DNA of 64,000 nucleotides from an uncultured Gammaproteobacteria bacterium (GTDB taxonomy: Bacteria > Pseudomonadota > Gammaproteobacteria > UBA9214), in NCBI GenBank assembly GCA_963748215.1, contig CAVVHS010000001.1:1-64000 (forward strand), given 5' to 3'. A model generated the notes under the pieces. The model was given only the letters and a program-made list of their open reading frames with translations. It was not told the DNA's origin and ran no database searches. Positions within the stretch are counted from its first letter, which is position 1. The number at the start of each line of letters is the position of its first letter. Below are positions 32,922 through 43,817 of this stretch, piece by piece. Position numbers and translations under genes: made by a program.

Positions 32922-33740
32922 TCAGAGCGGGTCCTTGACGTGCTCGATCAGCGCGTAGGCCGAGTGGTTGTGAATGGATTCGAAATTCTCGGATTCCACT
33001 GTGTAGGCCCTGATGCGGTTGTCGGCATTCAGGCGTCCGGCCACATCGCGCACCATGTCCTCGACGAACTTGGGGTTGTTGTACGCCTTTTCCGTGACGT
33101 ATTTTTCGTCGGGCCGTTTCAGCAGGCCATAGAGTTCGCACGAGGCTTCGCTCTCTACCAGGTCGATCAGGTCCTCGATCCAGACGAAGCCGCTGGTCTG
33201 CGCGTTGACAGTCACATGCGAGCGCTGGTTGTGTGCGCCGTACTCGGAAATCTTCTTGGAACACGGGCACAGGCTGGTCACCGGCACGACGACCTTGATG
33301 TTCATCTTCGGCTTGCCGTCGATGATTTCGCCGATCAGGGTGACGTCGTAATCCAGCAGGCTCTGGACCCCGGAGACCGGGGCGGCCTTGTTGATGAAGT
33401 AGCTGAAGTTCATCTCGATATGACCGGATTCGGCCTCCAGCCGCCCGGTCATTTCCCGCAGCATCTCGCGGAACGAATCCACCGTGATCTCGTACTCGTG
33501 CTGGTTGAGGATTTCCACGAACCGCGACATGTGCGTGCCCTTGAAGTTGTGCGGCAGGTTCACGTACATGTTGAAGGTGGCGATGGTGTGCTGCTCGCCG
33601 CCGCTGCGGTCGGTGACGCGCACCGGGTGGCGGATATCCTTGATGCCGACCTTGTCGATCGGGAGCTGGCGCGTATCCGTGCTGCCTTGCACATCGGCGA
33701 TGGCAGGGGTGCCGCTGTGTGACATTTCAGTTGATTTCAT
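32922..33740 (-). CDS. folE2: GTP cyclohydrolase I type B
   Basis: [41 protein letters not shown]. Confidence 0.96.
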   Translation of the reverse strand: MKSTEMSHSGTPAIADVQGSTDTRQLPIDKVGIKDIRHPVRVTDRSGGEQHTIATFNMYVNLPHNFKGTHMSRFVEILNQHEYEITVDSFREMLREMTGRLEAESGHIEMNFSYFINKAAPVSGVQSLLDYDVTLIGEIIDGKPKMNIKVVVPVTSLCPCSKKISEYGAHNQRSHVTVNAQTSGFVWIEDLIDLVESEASCELYGLLKRPDEKYVTEKAYNNPKFVEDMVRDVAGRLNADNRIRAYTVESENFESIHNHSAYALIEHVKDPL

Positions 33741-33848
33741 AGCGTTGAATCCAGGTTTGTAGCGCCATCCCGAACGCGAGAGCCTAGCGGCCCGGGGTGG
33801 GGCCTGAATACCCGCCCAAAGGGGTAGTAGCGAGCGTCCTGTGCGGCT

Positions 33849-33898
33849 ATTCCTGAGTGAATTAGTAGGATACTAGCCGAGGCCGTCGGCGTGCGCAA
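33849..33898 (-). promoter_or_regulatory. sigma70 promoter of folE2 with overlapping IscR/Rrf2-like operator
   Basis: Minus strand TTGCGC-17 nt-TAGTAT (33898-33870). Operator-like ATTCCTGAGTGAATTAGTAGGATAC at 33849-33873, 20/25 to the recalled IscR type-1 consensus. Confidence 0.6.
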
Positions 33899-33924
33899 TC
33901 CGCCGGGCGGGGTGGTCTGTCTTA

Positions 33925-34836
33925 TTATCTTTCTCTTTCAATAATATAGGCAGATATCCAGCGCAGCGGATCGGCGTGTTCACCGAAACCGGACAGGCTG
34001 CTCACGGCCTCTTCGTGCAGTTCGCGAGCGCGCTGGCGCGCCGCCTCCATGCCCATAAGCGCAGGGTAGGTGGATTTCTCGCGCTGCAGGTCCATCCCGG
34101 TGTGCTTGCCCAGCATGTGGGTTTCGCCTTCCACATCGAGGATGTCATCGCGGATCTGAAAGGCCAGCCCGATGCACTTGGCGTAGTGGTCCAGGCTGTC
34201 CAGTTGTGCCGCGCTGGCATGGCCGGCGCAATGCGCGCCCAGCAGCACGCTGGCCCTGACCAGGGCGCCGGTCTTGTGGATATGCATGTCTTCCAACTCG
34301 GCAATATTGAGCTGGCGCCCGGTGGCGGCCAGGTCGATGGCCTGGCCGCCGGCCATGCCGCGCGAGCCGGCCGCGAGCGCCAGCCTGTCGAGCATGAGCA
34401 GGCGGGTGGCTGCGTCGAGGTCGTCCTGGCGGGCATGTGCCAGGACGTGAAAGGCGAGCGACTGCAGGGCGTCGCCGGCCAGTATGGCGGTGGCCTCGTC
34501 GAAGGCCCGGTGGCAGCTTGGCTTGTTGCGGCGCAGGTCGTCGTCGTCCATGGCGGGCAGGTCGTCATGAACCAGTGAGTAGGCATGTATGAGTTCAACG
34601 GCGCAGGCCGGCGTATCCAGGCAGGCGGGCGAGGCGCCGAGCGCGTGGCCACCGGCATAGACCAGGGTCGGGCGGATGCGCTTGCCGCCGTCGAGCACGG
34701 CGTAGCGCATGGCCTCATGCAGCCGGGCCGGGAGGGTGGCGGCGGCTGGCAGCCAGTGCAGGAGGGCTGATTCGAGACGTTCACGGCAGTCTGCCATGAA
34801 CGCCGACAGGGCGGCGTCAGGCGTCTTCACTGTCAA
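33925..34836 (-). CDS. ispA: Farnesyl diphosphate synthase
   Basis: GGKRIRP, SLVHDDLPAMDDDDLRR, HKTG, FQIRDDILD. Confidence 0.96.
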   Translation of the reverse strand: MTVKTPDAALSAFMADCRERLESALLHWLPAAATLPARLHEAMRYAVLDGGKRIRPTLVYAGGHALGASPACLDTPACAVELIHAYSLVHDDLPAMDDDDLRRNKPSCHRAFDEATAILAGDALQSLAFHVLAHARQDDLDAATRLLMLDRLALAAGSRGMAGGQAIDLAATGRQLNIAELEDMHIHKTGALVRASVLLGAHCAGHASAAQLDSLDHYAKCIGLAFQIRDDILDVEGETHMLGKHTGMDLQREKSTYPALMGMEAARQRARELHEEAVSSLSGFGEHADPLRWISAYIIERER

Positions 34837-35059
34837 GCGGCACGATGTCTTCCCGATCGTTCTTCTGCATCAGGATTTCTACTTTCTGCTCGGCGTCCCT
34901 GAGTGCCTGCTGGCAGGCCCGCGAGAGCTGCACGCCCTTTTCGAAATGCTGCAGGGAATCCTCCAGGCTCAGCTCGCCATGCTCCATTTTTTCAACGAGC
35001 GCTTCGAGTTCCTCCAAGGCCTTTTCAAATCCTGGTGCGGTGGTGCGTTTTTTCGTCAT
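34817..35059 (-). CDS. xseB: Exodeoxyribonuclease VII small subunit
   Basis: FEKALEELEALVEKMEHGELSLEDSL..FEKG. Confidence 0.95.
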   Translation of the reverse strand: MTKKRTTAPGFEKALEELEALVEKMEHGELSLEDSLQHFEKGVQLSRACQQALRDAEQKVEILMQKNDREDIVPLDSEDA

Positions 35060-35182
35060 AACTTGAATCTTTCGGACATTCGGCCTACGTTACAACACCC
35101 CGCCGACAAGGGTCAATTTCGCGTACGGCTTATAGTGCATGTCTTGACGAAGGGTAGTGGCCGGAGTAATGTAATGGCCACA

Positions 35183-35199
35183 TGTAGACCAGGTCTAAA
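35183..35199. promoter_or_regulatory. Fur-family (Irr/PerR-like) palindromic operator candidate upstream of rubrerythrin
   Basis: TGTAGAC-CAG-GTCTAAA 7-3-7 palindrome, downstream of TTGACG-17-TAATGT. Confidence 0.45.
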
Positions 35200-35250
35200 T
35201 CCACCGGGGGGCGACCCCGGAATCCGCAACTTGTGACGAGAGGAAATATC

Positions 35251-35670
35251 ATGGATCTTAAAGGCAGCTCAACTGAAAAGAACCTGAAAGACGCGTTTGC
35301 CGGCGAATCGCAGGCCAACCGCCGCTACCTGTATTTCGCAGCCAAGGCCGATGTCGAGGGTTATAACGACGTTGCCGCGGTGTTTCGTTCGACCGCAGAA
35401 GGCGAGACCGGCCACGCCCACGGACATCTCGAGTACCTGGAGGCCGTGGGTGATCCGGCAACCGGTCTGCCGATCGGCCCCACCAACAACAACCTGAAGG
35501 CCGCGATCGCCGGTGAAACGCACGAGTACACCGACATGTATCCGGGTATGGCCAAGTCCGCGCGCGACGAAGGCTTTGACGAGATCGCCGACTGGTTCGA
35601 GACGCTGGCCAAGGCCGAGCGTTCCCATGCGAACCGCTTCCAGAAGGCGCTCGATTCCATGGAAGACTGA
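35251..35670 (+). CDS. Rubrerythrin (short form, no rubredoxin domain)
   Basis: [33 protein letters not shown]. Confidence 0.95.
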   Translation: MDLKGSSTEKNLKDAFAGESQANRRYLYFAAKADVEGYNDVAAVFRSTAEGETGHAHGHLEYLEAVGDPATGLPIGPTNNNLKAAIAGETHEYTDMYPGMAKSARDEGFDEIADWFETLAKAERSHANRFQKALDSMED

Positions 35671-35694
35671 CCGGACGGCCGGTTGCTGTAACTG

Positions 35695-35721
35695 CACGGG
35701 GCCGGTATATCCGGCCCCGTG
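35695..35721. other. Intercistronic hairpin (mRNA stabiliser or partial terminator)
   Basis: CACGGGGCCGG-TATAT-CCGGCCCCGTG, perfect 11-bp stem. Confidence 0.6.
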
Positions 35722-35777
35722 TATAAACAGGTAGTATTGCCACTCATTCAAACCCGCCACACTGGATTGTAACGCGC

Positions 35778-37124
35778 ATGGGATCGACCACAGAGGGCAC
35801 ACGCGAGGGTAACCTGGAGGCGCCTACCCGGCATCCGCTGGACTGGACCAACCCGTCTTTCTACGACGAGGAAAACCTGTTCACTGAACTGGAACGGGTA
35901 TTCGACATCTGCCACGGCTGTCGCCGCTGTTTCAGCCTGTGCAACGCCTTTCCCACCCTGTTCGATGCGATCGACGCCTCCGACACCATGGAGCTCGACG
36001 GCGTGCCGCGCCAGGTTTACTGGGAGGTCGTCGATCACTGTTACCTGTGCGACATGTGCTACATGACCAAGTGTCCGTACGTGCCGCCGCACGAGTGGAA
36101 CGTCGATTTCCCGCACCTGATGTTGCGCGCCAAGGCGATCAGGTTCAAACAGGGCAAAACCCGGAAACGTGATCGCATCCTGACTTCGACCGATGCAGTC
36201 GGCAAGCTGGCCGCGATTCCGATCGTGACCCCGATCGTCAATGCCACCAACCGCAGCACGGTCGGCCGCAAGCTGCTCGACCGGGTGCTTGGCGTGCATC
36301 CGAATGCCATCGTACCGAAGTATCACTCGAAGACCCTGCGCAAGCGGGTGAAGAAAGACAGCGGTGAAGATGCCGTGCCGGCCGGCCCGACCACCGGCAA
36401 GGTGGTGCTGTTCGCCACCTGTTACGGCAATTACAACGAGCCGGACATCGGCGAAGACCTGGTCGCGGTGTTCAGGCACAACGACATCGCGGTAACGCTG
36501 GCGCAGCGGGAGCAGTGCTGCGGCATGCCCAGGCTGGAACTGGGCGACCTCGACTCGGTAAAGGCGGCGAGCGATGCCAATATCCCCGAGCTGCTCAGGC
36601 TGGTCGACGCAGGCTGGGATATCGTCGCGCCGGTGCCGTCCTGCGTGCTGATGTTCAAGCAGGAACTGCCGCTGATGTTCCCGGACGACAAGGATGTGCA
36701 GCGCGTGCGCGCCGCGATCTACGATCCCTTCGAATACCTGATGCTTCGTCACCGTCACAACAAGCTGAAAACGGATTTCAGCACCTCGCTCGGCATGGTC
36801 GCCTATCATGTCGCCTGTCACCTGCGCGTGCAGAACATCGGCATGAAAACGCGCGACCTGTTGCAGCTGGTACCGGGCACCACGGTGGAAGCCATCGAGC
36901 GCTGCTCGGGACACGACGGCACCTATGCCGTGAAGAAGGAGTTCCACGAGACCTCGATGAAGATCTGCCGGCCGGTGGTCAACCGCGTGGTGCGTGCCGA
37001 GGCGGCCTGGTACAGCAGCGACTGTCCCATGGCCGGACACCAGATCGAGAACGGAATGGACAATGCGCAGCCTCCGGTGCACCCGCTGACCCTGCTGCGC
37101 ATGGCATACGGTCTGGACGGCTGA
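35778..37124 (+). CDS. Fe-S oxidoreductase (GlpC/HdrD-like, rubrerythrin-associated)
   Basis: CHGCRRCFSLC, CYLCDMCYMTKC, CCG domains. Confidence 0.92.
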   Translation: MGSTTEGTREGNLEAPTRHPLDWTNPSFYDEENLFTELERVFDICHGCRRCFSLCNAFPTLFDAIDASDTMELDGVPRQVYWEVVDHCYLCDMCYMTKCPYVPPHEWNVDFPHLMLRAKAIRFKQGKTRKRDRILTSTDAVGKLAAIPIVTPIVNATNRSTVGRKLLDRVLGVHPNAIVPKYHSKTLRKRVKKDSGEDAVPAGPTTGKVVLFATCYGNYNEPDIGEDLVAVFRHNDIAVTLAQREQCCGMPRLELGDLDSVKAASDANIPELLRLVDAGWDIVAPVPSCVLMFKQELPLMFPDDKDVQRVRAAIYDPFEYLMLRHRHNKLKTDFSTSLGMVAYHVACHLRVQNIGMKTRDLLQLVPGTTVEAIERCSGHDGTYAVKKEFHETSMKICRPVVNRVVRAEAAWYSSDCPMAGHQIENGMDNAQPPVHPLTLLRMAYGLDG

Positions 37125-37131
37125 CAGATTG

Positions 37132-37716
37132 ATGGACAAGCTCACGCGCCGCGATCTCTACAGCCTCGAGCAGTATGCCGAGAACCGTGCCGACATACGC
37201 GCACGGGTAATGGCGCACAAGAAAGACCGCAAGGTCCACATCGGACCAAACGCCACCCTCTATTTCGAGGATCGCCAGACTATTCATTACCAGATCCAGG
37301 AAATGCTGCGCGTGGAACGCATCTTCGAGGCCGGCGGCATCGAGGATGAGCTGGCCGCCTATAACCCGTTGATACCTGACGGGAGTAACTGGAAGGCCAC
37401 CTTCATGATCGAAGAGGCAGATGTCGACAGGCGTCGTGCGTTGCTGGCCGGCCTGATCGGGATCGAGGACCGGGTCTGGGTCCAGGTGGATGGCCATGAC
37501 CCGGTTCATGCCATAGCGGACGAGGACCTCGACCGTGAAACCGCCGACAAGACCTCCTCGGTGCACTTTCTGCGCTTCGAACTCACTGCTGCGATGGTGG
37601 CCAGCCTCAGGCAGGGCGCGTCCCTGAGCATGGGCATCGACCACTCCGCCTACCGGCACCAGCTCGAGCCGGTCGCGCCAGCGGTGCGTAATTCACTGCT
37701 TGCCGACCTTGATTGA
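37132..37716 (+). CDS. DUF3501 family protein
   Basis: YQIQEMLRVE, EL.AYNPLIP, KTSSVHFLRF; usual position after rubrerythrin and the Fe-S oxidoreductase. Confidence 0.9.
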   Translation: MDKLTRRDLYSLEQYAENRADIRARVMAHKKDRKVHIGPNATLYFEDRQTIHYQIQEMLRVERIFEAGGIEDELAAYNPLIPDGSNWKATFMIEEADVDRRRALLAGLIGIEDRVWVQVDGHDPVHAIADEDLDRETADKTSSVHFLRFELTAAMVASLRQGASLSMGIDHSAYRHQLEPVAPAVRNSLLADLD

Positions 37717-37828
37717 ACCGCTAACTCCCCGGCGCGGCGTTTGTTTCTCCATGCCGGCCGGGGGGCGTGCGCGGCGGTCCGGCGTTTCAATTGGCGTGGA
37801 CTGCTTTTTTCATTAAACTGCGCATCCC

Positions 37829-38398
37829 ATGTACCAGCCGTCGTTTGTCTCCGCGCATCGCCTGCCGGCACTGTGTGCCTGCCTGATGCTATGTTCGGCA
37901 TTGCCGGTGCTTGCCGGCGCGCTGCCGCGCGAAGACGGGCCGGTCGGGTTTACACCCGATAACCTGCCGGGTGACCAGCCATGGAAAGAACTGCTAGGCG
38001 AGCTGCCGGCCTATCCTGAGCAGTCGCGTCTGCTGGATCTCGATATCGATACCGGGGCAAATCCGTTTCGCTATTACCTGGATCCCGCATCCCTGACTGC
38101 GGGCGATGACCGGGTTGTGCGATTCACCTCGGTAATCGTGTCACCAAGCGGCGTCTGGAATGTCACCTACGAGGGACTGCACTGCGGCGACAGGAGTTAC
38201 CGGCGCATTGCCTATGGCAGCGACGGGCAATGGCACGCGCTGCCCGAAACACCCTGGCAACGGATCAGCGGCAGCGGCACGCAGCGCTACCGCAAGGTGC
38301 TCTACGAAAAGTACATGTGCCCGCCAGCCGAACCCTACCAGGATGCCGCCCGTATCCTGCGCCGGCTGCGCTCGAACCGACCGTTGATCGGAGACTGA
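37829..38398 (+). CDS. CNP1-like family exported protein
   Basis: Signal peptide; WKE...LPAYP; VRFT.V..SPSG..NVTYEGLHC. Confidence 0.8.
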   Translation: MYQPSFVSAHRLPALCACLMLCSALPVLAGALPREDGPVGFTPDNLPGDQPWKELLGELPAYPEQSRLLDLDIDTGANPFRYYLDPASLTAGDDRVVRFTSVIVSPSGVWNVTYEGLHCGDRSYRRIAYGSDGQWHALPETPWQRISGSGTQRYRKVLYEKYMCPPAEPYQDAARILRRLRSNRPLIGD

Positions 38399-38431
38399 TA
38401 TAAACATGCAGGCCCTGAGGAATAACAGCGC

Positions 38432-40319
38432 ATGAGCGCGATCTACGACGCCTCCGCGATCGAGGTACTGAGCGGTCTCGAACCGGTGCGCAAGCGCCCG
38501 GGCATGTACACCGACACCACCCGGCCAAATCATCTCGCCCAGGAAGTGATCGACAACAGCATCGACGAGGCCATGGCGGGCCATGCGAAGCGTGTCGACG
38601 TGACCGTGTTCAGGGATGGTTCGCTGGCCGTCAGCGATGACGGCCGCGGCATGCCGGTCGATATACACCCCGACGAAGGGGTGCCCGGTGTCGAGGTCAT
38701 CCTGACGCGGTTGCACTCCGGCGGCAAGTTTTCCTCGAAGAACTACCAGTTTTCCGGTGGCCTGCACGGGGTCGGTGTATCCGTGGTCAATGCCCTGTCG
38801 AAACACCTGGAAGTGTGGGTCAAGCGCAACGGCAAGGAATACAACATGGCCTTCTCCGGCGGCGACAAGCTGTCGCGGCTGGAAGAAGTCGGCAAGGTCG
38901 GCAAGCAGAATACCGGCACCACGCTGCGCTTCTGGCCGGACCCGAAATATTTCGATTCGCCGAAATTCTCCCTGTCGCGCCTGAAGCACGTGCTGCGTGC
39001 CAAGGCCGTGCTGTGCCCGGGCCTGCATGTCAGCCTGTATGACGAGGCAGGTGACGAGCGGCTCGAATGGTATTACGAGGACGGCCTGCGCGATTACCTG
39101 CGCAGTGCACTGGGTGATTCGCCCACGCTGCCGGAGGACTCATTTACCGGCAGGATGGAAGGCAACAGCGAGGCCGCGGAATGGGCGCTGGCATGGCTGC
39201 CGCAGGGCGGCGAGACGGTCGCGGAGAGTTACGTCAACCTGATCCCGACCATCCAGGGCGGCACCCATGTCAACGGTCTGCGCATGGGCCTGACCGAGGC
39301 GGTGCGCGAATTCTGCGAGTTCCGCAACCTGCTGCCGCGTGGCGTGAAACTGAGCCCCGAGGATGTCTGGGACAACTGCAGCTACATCCTGTCAGTCAAG
39401 CTGGAAGATCCGCAGTTCAGCGGCCAGACCAAGGAGCGCCTGTCATCGCGCGAATGCGCGGCGTTCGTCTCCGGCGTCGTGCAGCGACGCGTTCGGCCTG
39501 TGGCTGAATCATCATACCGAGGTCGGCGAGCGCATCGCCTGGCTGGCCATCGAGAACGCGCAGTCGCGGCTGCGCGCCGGCAAGAAGGTGGTGCGCAAGA
39601 AGATTACCGCCGGGCCGGCGCTGCCGGGCAAGCTGGCCGATTGCACCTCGACCGACAGCGAGCGCTCTGAGCTGTTCCTGGTGGAGGGCGATTCCGCCGG
39701 CGGTTCTGCCAAGCAGGCGCGCGATCGTACCTACCAGGCGATCATGCCGCTGCGCGGCAAGATCCTGAATACCTGGGAGGTCGATTCCGCGGATGTGCTG
39801 GCCTCGCAGGAGGTGCATGATATTTCCATCGCCATCGGCGTGGAGCCGGGCACTGGCCGGCTCGACAAGCTGCGCTACAACAAGATCTGCATCCTGGCCG
39901 ATGCGGATTCCGACGGCGCGCATATCGCCACGCTGCTGTGCGCGCTGTTCCTGCGCCATTTTCGCGCACTGGTCGAGGCCGGACACGTGTATGTCGCGAT
40001 GCCGCCTCTGTATCGCATCGATGCCGGCAAGGAAGTCTATTACGCGCTGGATGATGCGGAGAAGCAGGGCGTGCTGGACCGCATTGCGGCGGAAAAGATC
40101 AAGGGCAAGGTGACGGTGCAGCGCTTCAAGGGGCTGGGCGAGATGAACCCTATCCAGCTGCGCGAGACCACCATAGCGCCGGAGTCGCGTCGGCTGGTGC
40201 AACTGACCATCGATGCCGACGACGACACGCATGGCGTGATGGACATGCTGCTGGCGCGCAAGCGGGCATCAGACCGGCGCACCTGGCTGGAATCGCGCGG
40301 CGACCTGGCCGAGGTCTAG
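38432..40319 (+). CDS. parE: DNA topoisomerase IV subunit B, apparent +1 frameshift near 39485
   Basis: EVIDNSIDE, GGLHGVG, EGDSAGGSAK, PLRGKILN, DADSDG. GTGCAGCGACGCG has one extra base relative to V-Q-D-A. Confidence 0.95.
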
Positions 40320-40349
40320 CCTGTGGTCGGCCTGGGCACATTTTTTTCG

Positions 40350-40622
40350 AATAGCCACGGAAGCACACGGAATTACACGGAATAAAATCATCAAGGAATT
40401 TCCGTGCTTTTCTGCGTGTTTTCGTGCCAATCTGGTTAATTTGGATATAGCCACGGAAGTACCTGGAAAACATAATGCTTTTTCGTGCAGATTCGTTTCT
40501 GCACGGCTATGTAGACAGGCTGTGCAGGCGCACAGGTGTGTTTGCGCGGACTCTTAAAAAAGGCCACAGATCTGCCTGAAGTTTTATTTTTCCGTGTGCT
40601 TCCGTGTGTTTCCGTGGCTATT
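40350..40622. repeat. Composite CACGGAA palindromic element between parE and parC
   Basis: Outer arms AATAGCCACGGAAGCACACGGAATTACACGGAA and TTCCGTGTGCTTCCGTGTGTTTCCGTGGCTATT, with degenerate internal copies near 40400-40430 and 40447-40510. Confidence 0.85.
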
Positions 40623-40654
40623 AATTAGCATGCTAAATAACAGGTTTTGATTCT

Positions 40655-42907
40655 ATGGAAACACTGGAACTCGACTACGAAGGCATCGAGCAGCTGCCGC
40701 TGAAGACCTTCACCGAGAAGGCGTACCTGGACTATTCCATGTATGTCATTCTCGATCGCGCACTGCCGCATATCGGCGATGGCCTGAAACCGGTGCAGCG
40801 ACGCATCGTCTACGCCATGTCCGAGCTCGGCCTGCAGGCTACCGCCAAGCACAAGAAATCCGCGCGTACCGTCGGTGACGTGCTTGGCAAGTTCCATCCG
40901 CATGGCGATTCCGCCTGCTACGAGGCGATGGTGCACCTGGCGCAGGATTTCACCTGCCGTTACCCGCTGGTCGACGGGCAGGGCAACTGGGGCTCGCCGG
41001 ACGATCCCAAGTCGTTTGCCGCCATGCGCTATACCGAGGCGCGCCTGACACCCTATGCCGAGGTGCTGCTGGCCGAGCTGGGTCAGGGAACGGTCGAGTG
41101 GACGCCGAATTTCGACGGCACCCTGGATGAGCCGTCGCTGTTGCCGTCGCGATTGCCGAACGTATTGTTGAACGGCGCCACCGGCATCGCCGTGGGCATG
41201 GCGACCGACGTGCCGCCGCACAACCTGCGTGAGGTGGCCGAGGCGGCGATCCTGCTGCTCGACAAGCCGAAGAGCACGCTCGAGGACCTGTGCGAGATCG
41301 TCCAGGGACCGGATTTTCCCACCGGTGCGGAGATCATCTCGACGCGCGCCGAACTGATCGAGGCCTATCGAACCGGTTACGGCAGCGTGCGTATCCGCGC
41401 CTGCTACGAGGTCGAGAACGGCGATATCGTGATTACCGCGCTGCCATTCCAGACCTCTGGCAGCAAGGTGCTGGAGCAGATAGCCGCGCAGATGAACGCG
41501 AAGAAACTGCCCATGGTTGAAGACCTGCGTGACGAGTCCGACCACGAGAGCCCGACGCGCCTGGTGATTGTGCCGCGTTCCGGCCGCGTGGACGTCGAGA
41601 CGCTCATGTCGCACCTGTTTTCCACTACCGACCTGGAACGCACCGTGCGCATCAACCTGAACCTGATCGGGCTGGACGGGCGCCCGAGAATCAAGAACCT
41701 TCTGGAGATCCTTCGGGAATGGCTCCAGTTCCGTACCGCCACCGTACGGCGCCGCCTCGAGTTCCGTCTCGACAAGGTCAACAGCCGCCTGCACCTGCTG
41801 GACGGCCTGCTGATTGCGTTCCTCAATCTGGATGAAGTCATCCATATCATCCGCACCGAGGACAAGCCCAAGCAGGTGCTGATGGAACGCTTCAGGCTGA
41901 CCGAGGAGCAGGTCAACTACATCCTCGATACGCGCCTGCGGCAACTGGCACGGCTGGAGGAGATGAAGATCAGGTCCGAGCAGGAGGAGCTGCTGGCCGA
42001 GCGTGACGAGCTGCAGGCCATCCTGGGTTCCGAGCGGCGCCTGAAAACACTGATCAAGAAGGAGTTGCGTGCGGATGCGGACAAGTTCGGTGATGCGCGG
42101 CGCTCCGCACTCGTCGAGCGCGAGGCCGCTCAGGTGCTGGACGAGACCGCGCTGATTCCGAGCGAGGCCGTGACGGTGGTGCTGTCGAAGAACGGCTGGG
42201 TGCGCGTCGCCAAGGGACACGACATCGACCCGGTGGAGATGAGTTACAAGGCCGGTGACTCCTTTTTCATGGCTGCACGCGGGCGCAGCAACCAGCTCGC
42301 GGTGTTCATCGACTCCAACGGCCGGACCTATGCTCTGCCTGCGCATGGCCTGCCCGGCGCGCGCGGGCAGGGCGAACCGCTGAGCGGGCGGCTCAAACCG
42401 GCCGACGGCGCCCGTTTCGCCGGCGTGATGATGGGTGAGCCGGAGCAGCTGTTCCTGCTCGCCAGCGACGCCGGCTACGGTTTCGTGGCCAGGCTGGCGG
42501 ACATGATCACGCGCAACAAGGCAGGCAAGTCCATCCTGTCAGTGCCGAAGGGCGCGGACGTGCTGCCGCCAGTCACGGTGCGCAGTCATGACGACGACTG
42601 GATCGTTGCGGCGACCACCGAGGGCTATCTGCTGGTCATCCCGCTCAACGAGGTGCCGCAACTGCCGCGCGGCAAGGGCAACAAGATCATCAGCATTCCG
42701 TCCACCAAGCTGAAGAGCCGCGAGGAATACGTGGCCGCGATCGACTGCATCCAGGACGGCGAGAAGCTCACCGTGCACGCGGGCAAGAAGTACAAGACCA
42801 TGAGCGCGGCAGAGGTCGACGAGTACGCCGGCGAGCGTGGCCGGCGCGGCCACAAGCTGCCGCGTGGCTACCAGAAGGTCGAGCGGCTGGAAGTGATTCG
42901 CTCCTGA
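40655..42907 (+). CDS. parC: DNA topoisomerase IV subunit A
   Basis: [28 protein letters not shown]. Confidence 0.97.
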   Translation: METLELDYEGIEQLPLKTFTEKAYLDYSMYVILDRALPHIGDGLKPVQRRIVYAMSELGLQATAKHKKSARTVGDVLGKFHPHGDSACYEAMVHLAQDFTCRYPLVDGQGNWGSPDDPKSFAAMRYTEARLTPYAEVLLAELGQGTVEWTPNFDGTLDEPSLLPSRLPNVLLNGATGIAVGMATDVPPHNLREVAEAAILLLDKPKSTLEDLCEIVQGPDFPTGAEIISTRAELIEAYRTGYGSVRIRACYEVENGDIVITALPFQTSGSKVLEQIAAQMNAKKLPMVEDLRDESDHESPTRLVIVPRSGRVDVETLMSHLFSTTDLERTVRINLNLIGLDGRPRIKNLLEILREWLQFRTATVRRRLEFRLDKVNSRLHLLDGLLIAFLNLDEVIHIIRTEDKPKQVLMERFRLTEEQVNYILDTRLRQLARLEEMKIRSEQEELLAERDELQAILGSERRLKTLIKKELRADADKFGDARRSALVEREAAQVLDETALIPSEAVTVVLSKNGWVRVAKGHDIDPVEMSYKAGDSFFMAARGRSNQLAVFIDSNGRTYALPAHGLPGARGQGEPLSGRLKPADGARFAGVMMGEPEQLFLLASDAGYGFVARLADMITRNKAGKSILSVPKGADVLPPVTVRSHDDDWIVAATTEGYLLVIPLNEVPQLPRGKGNKIISIPSTKLKSREEYVAAIDCIQDGEKLTVHAGKKYKTMSAAEVDEYAGERGRRGHKLPRGYQKVERLEVIRS

Positions 42908-42993
42908 TACGTGGCAGGCTGCCGCCCGGGGGCCTGCCAGACACCATACCGCCTGCCACGAGCCCGGTTGCAGACCGTGCAACCGCGGCGGGT

Positions 42994-43023
42994 GCGGCAA
43001 CTTGTCGCGCGACACAATGCCAC
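42994..43023 (+). promoter_or_regulatory. Tandem RegA/PrrA/RegR-type boxes upstream of tonB
   Basis: GCGGC-AACTT-GTCGC (42994-43008) directly followed by GCGAC-ACAAT-GCCAC (43009-43023). Confidence 0.65.
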
Positions 43024-43099
43024 ATTCTCGCACACGCCCGGCAACGGTATATTTTCCTAGCAATCCCAATAACTAAAACATCGTTACGGTAATTTTCCG

Positions 43100-43817
43100 A
43101 TGGCTGGATACGCATGCAGTGGCAGGTGGACAGAACGGCGTGGCTGGCTGGCCGCGTTTTTCGTCGCCGTCACCGCACATGCCGGCGTCTACCAGCGATT
43201 CACGCACGTCGACAGCACGGTTCGCCAGCACGATGTTGCACCCATGGTCACGGTATCCCTGGTGACGACCACCGCCGCGCCGGCGCCAGCCGAGCCGGCA
43301 CCGCAACCCGTGGTGCCGGTTGTTCGCCCCCGAACCCGTTGTTGCTGCCCCGAAGCCGAAAGCACGGACCAGACCGGTCAAACCGAAACAGTCCAACAGC
43401 CCAGACCGGGCGCCGCCCCGACCCGTCGAACAGCAGGCCGAGCCGGCGCCGCCCCCGCAGCTGCCGCAGGCGATCGCCAGCGCCAGCCCGACTGCCGCCG
43501 GGCGGCCTTCGACCGCGGAGTCGCCGCTCGAACCACCGCGTGCCGATGCCGCCTACCTGCGCAATCCGCCGCCGGCCTATCCGAAGCGGCTGCTCAGGCG
43601 CGGCGTGGAGGGCGAGGTGCTGGTGCGTGCGCAGGTGCAGGACGACGGCCGCTGCAGCCGGGTACAGCTAAAGGAATCGAGCGGCTTCCGGCAGTTTGAC
43701 GAGGCCGCGCTGTCGGCCGTCAGGGACTGGCGCTTCGTGCCGGCCCGGCAGGGCGAGCAAACGGTCGTGGCCTGGGTGGATGTGCCGATTGCCTTCCAGA
43801 TCACCCGCAGCCAATGA
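43100..43817 (+). CDS. tonB: TonB family protein, apparent +1 frameshift near 43323
   Basis: N-terminal TM with His, Pro-rich spacer; C-terminal NPPPAYP..GVEGEV, SSGF..FDEAAL, WRFVPA. Confidence 0.88.

Noticed and set aside
38432-40319. parE as a pseudogene or programmed frameshift
   Set aside because: Normally essential gene, both halves undecayed, no slippery sequence; shares the +1 offset with three other genes.
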